Shown one piece after another: positions 61,383 through 64,000 of a DNA stretch of 64,000 nucleotides. This DNA comes from Mytilus trossulus (Eukaryota): positions 80,269,630 to 80,333,629 of the forward strand of contig NC_086376.1 of the NCBI RefSeq assembly GCF_036588685.1, written 5' to 3'. The position numbers and the translations under genes were made by a program. The stretch's first letter is position 1; every line of letters starts with the position of its first letter. Below the pieces are notes generated by a model. That model was not told the DNA's origin and searched no databases. It saw only the letters and a list, made by a program, of their open reading frames with translations.

Positions 61383-64000
61383 AGCTGGTTACCTCCAATG
61401 GGACGACAGTCATGGATGTTGAGATGGCCTACGTCGCAGATTCGCGAGGACAGGCGGCTCGGATGTTCGCTAGCAACCTACGACAGCTACAGGCTTCCTG
61501 CCTATGCCTGTAGAAGGGGACTTTGAGATGTCATGCTGAAGTTTTTCTGGAGATTATCTGGTTTCATTTTTGGGAAGCAGTCCACATGGAAAAATGATGC
61601 AGCCAAACTAAAGATACGCTCGATTGGTTCTTTAATCTAACCTCCCTGTTATTAAGAAGCAGGAAAAATTGAAGAATAAGAGGGAAAATGTCAAATTTGC
61701 ATGGTCTTCAACAAAGAAACCCTTTTGTTTTATTGCTGTGCTTCATATACAAGTTGACAGACCAGTCCTTCAACAATGAGAAAATGTTTAAAATAAATTG
61801 TGTATTAAAATGTTTTGATTTGTGTACATTAATCTGAATAATAATGACTTTCTTTTATTTCCAATTCTACCAAAGAGATTGACAAAAGAAGCAACCCAAA
61901 GTGAAAGACTTGAAGAAATATACTGGCAATGTAAATAGGATTAAGTGATTTTGCTGTTTGTGGCGTTTCCTGGAAGTAGCTGGTTTATACCTCCAAATGG
62001 GACGACAGTCATGGATGTTGAGATGGCCTACGTTGCAGATTCGCGAGGACGGGCGGCTCGGATGTTCGCTAGCGACCTACGACAGCTACAGGCTTCCTGC
62101 CTATGCCTGTAGAAGGGGACTTTGAGATGTCATGCTGAAGTTTTCTGGAGATTATCTGGTTTCATTTTTGGGAAGCAGTCCACATGGAAAAATGATGCAG
62201 CCAAACTAAAGATACGCTCGATTGGTTCTTTAATCTAACCTCCCTGTTATTAAGAAGCAGGAAAAATTGAAGAATAAGAGAGGGAAAATGTCAAATTTGC
62301 TTGGTCTTCAACAAAGAAACCCTTTTGTTTTATTGCTGTGCTTCATATACAAGTTGACAGACCAGTCCTTCAACAATGAGAAAATGTTTAAAATAAATTG
62401 TGTATTAAAATGTTTTGATTTGTGTATACATTAATCTGAATAATAATGACTTTCTTTTATTTCCAATTCTACCAAAGAGATTGTCAGAAGAAGCAACCCA
62501 AAGTGAAAGACTTGAAGAAATATACTGGCAATGTAAGTAGGATTAAGTGATTTTGCTGTTTGCGGCGTTTCCTGGAAGTAGCTGGTTTATACCTCCAAAT
62601 GGGACGACAGTCATGGATGTTGAGATGGCCTACGTCGCAGATTCGCGAGGACGGGCGGCTCGGATGTTCGCTAGCGACCTACGACAGCTACAGGCTTCCT
62701 GCCTATGCCTGTAGAAGGGGACTTTGAGATGTCATGCTGAAGTTTTCTGGAGATTATCTGGTTTCATTTTTGGGAAGCAGTCCACATGGAAAAATGATGC
62801 AGCCAAACTAAAGATACGCTCGATTGGTTCTTTAATCTAACCTCCCTGTTATTAAGAAGCAGGAAAGATTGAAGAATAAGAGAGGGAAAATGTCAAATTT
62901 GCTTGGTCTTCAACAAAGAAACCCTTTTGTTTTATTGCTGTGCTTCATATACAAGTTGACAGACCAGTCCTTCAACAATGAGAAAATGTTTAAAATAAAT
63001 TGTGTATTAAAATGTTTTGATTTGTGTATACATTAATCTGAATAATAATGACTTTCTTTTATTTCCAATTCTACCAAAGAGATTGACAGAAGAAGCAACC
63101 CAAAGTGAAAGACTTGAAGAAATATACTGGCAATGTAAGTAGGATTAAGTGATTTTGCTGTTTGTGGCGTTTCCTGGAAGTAGCTGGTTTATACCTCCAA
63201 ATGGGACGACAGTCATGGATGTTGAGATGGCCTACGTCGCAGATTCGCGAGGACGGGCGGCTCGGATGTTCGCTAGCGACCTACGACAGCTACAGGCTTC
63301 CTGCCTATGCCTGTAGAAGGGGACTTTGAGATGTCATGCTGAAGTTTTCTGGAGATTATCTGGTTTCATTTTTGGGAAGCAGTCCACATGGAAAAATGAT
63401 GCAGCCAAACTAAAGATACGCTCGATTGGTTCTTTAATCTAACCTCCCTGTTATTAAGAAGCAGGAAAAATTGAAGAATAAGAGAGGGAAAATGTCAAAT
63501 TTGCTTGGTCTTCAACAAAGAAACCCTTTTGTTTTATTGCTGTGCTTCATATACAAGTTGACAGACCAGTCCTTCAACAATGAGAAAATGTTTAAAATAA
63601 ATTGTGTATTAAAATGTTTTGATTTGTGTATACATTAATCTGAATAATAATGACTTTCTTTTATTTCCAATTCTACCAAAGAGATTGACAGAAGAAGCAA
63701 CCCAAAGTGAAAGACTTGAAGAAATATACTGGCAATGTAAGTAGGATTAAGTGATTTTGCTGTTTGTGGCGTTTCCTGGAAGTAGCTGGTTTATACCTCC
63801 AAATGGGACGACAGTCATGGATGTTGAGATGGCCTACGTCGCAGATTCGCGAGGACGGGCGGCTCGGATGTTCGCTAGCGACCTACGACAGCTACAGGCT
63901 TCCTGCCTATGCCTGTAGAAGGGGACTTTGAGATGTCATGCTGAAGTTTTCTGGAGATTATCTGGTTTCATTTTTGGGAAGCAGTCCACATGGAAAAATG
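61383..64000. repeat. 602-bp tandem repeat array (at least 4.3 units, continues past the window end)
   Basis: The marker gctggtt recurs at 61384, 61979, 62581, 63183 and 63785. Inner units are nearly identical; the first unit is 595 bp and slightly more diverged. Confidence 0.97.

Noticed and set aside
61995-62130. HDV-like or hammerhead ribozyme in the array core (tcctcgc and gaatctgcga motifs on the minus strand)
   Set aside because: I could not form P3/P1 around the candidate L3 on either strand, and there is no CUGANGA...GAAA core.

Overview
This is AT-rich, intron-containing animal genomic DNA; the repeat families and the B-box gene suggest a bivalve, probably Mytilus (inferred, not searched). 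(1) The last three coding exons of TCERG1 lie on the + strand (226-1647). (2) A complete 28-coding-exon insulin-degrading enzyme gene (IDE) lies on the - strand (5066-49136). I assembled it exon by exon with consistent GT-AG phases into 1021 aa, with the HFCEH zinc motif, a candidate N-terminal mitochondrial leader and a C-terminal SKL. (3) An intronless RING-less B-box/coiled-coil/beta-propeller (TRIM-NHL-like) gene is nested antisense in IDE intron 18 (16510-18192). (4) A DIRS1-like tyrosine-recombinase retrotransposon with complete termini sits in IDE intron 6 (36896-41853). Its ITRs are identical and gag is intact, but the RT core is deleted and the recombinase is broken. (5) A 21-copy 52-bp array built from the IDE exon 5 end plus its splice donor. 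(6) Many MITEs and non-autonomous DNA transposons with readable TSDs, and a Penelope-like RT relic. (7) A tRNA-like cloverleaf with an all-U anticodon loop (58060-58132). (8) A homogeneous 602-bp tandem array with a CpG-rich core that runs off the right end. Most short ORFs in the supplied track are exon fragments or noise. All coordinates were counted by hand.
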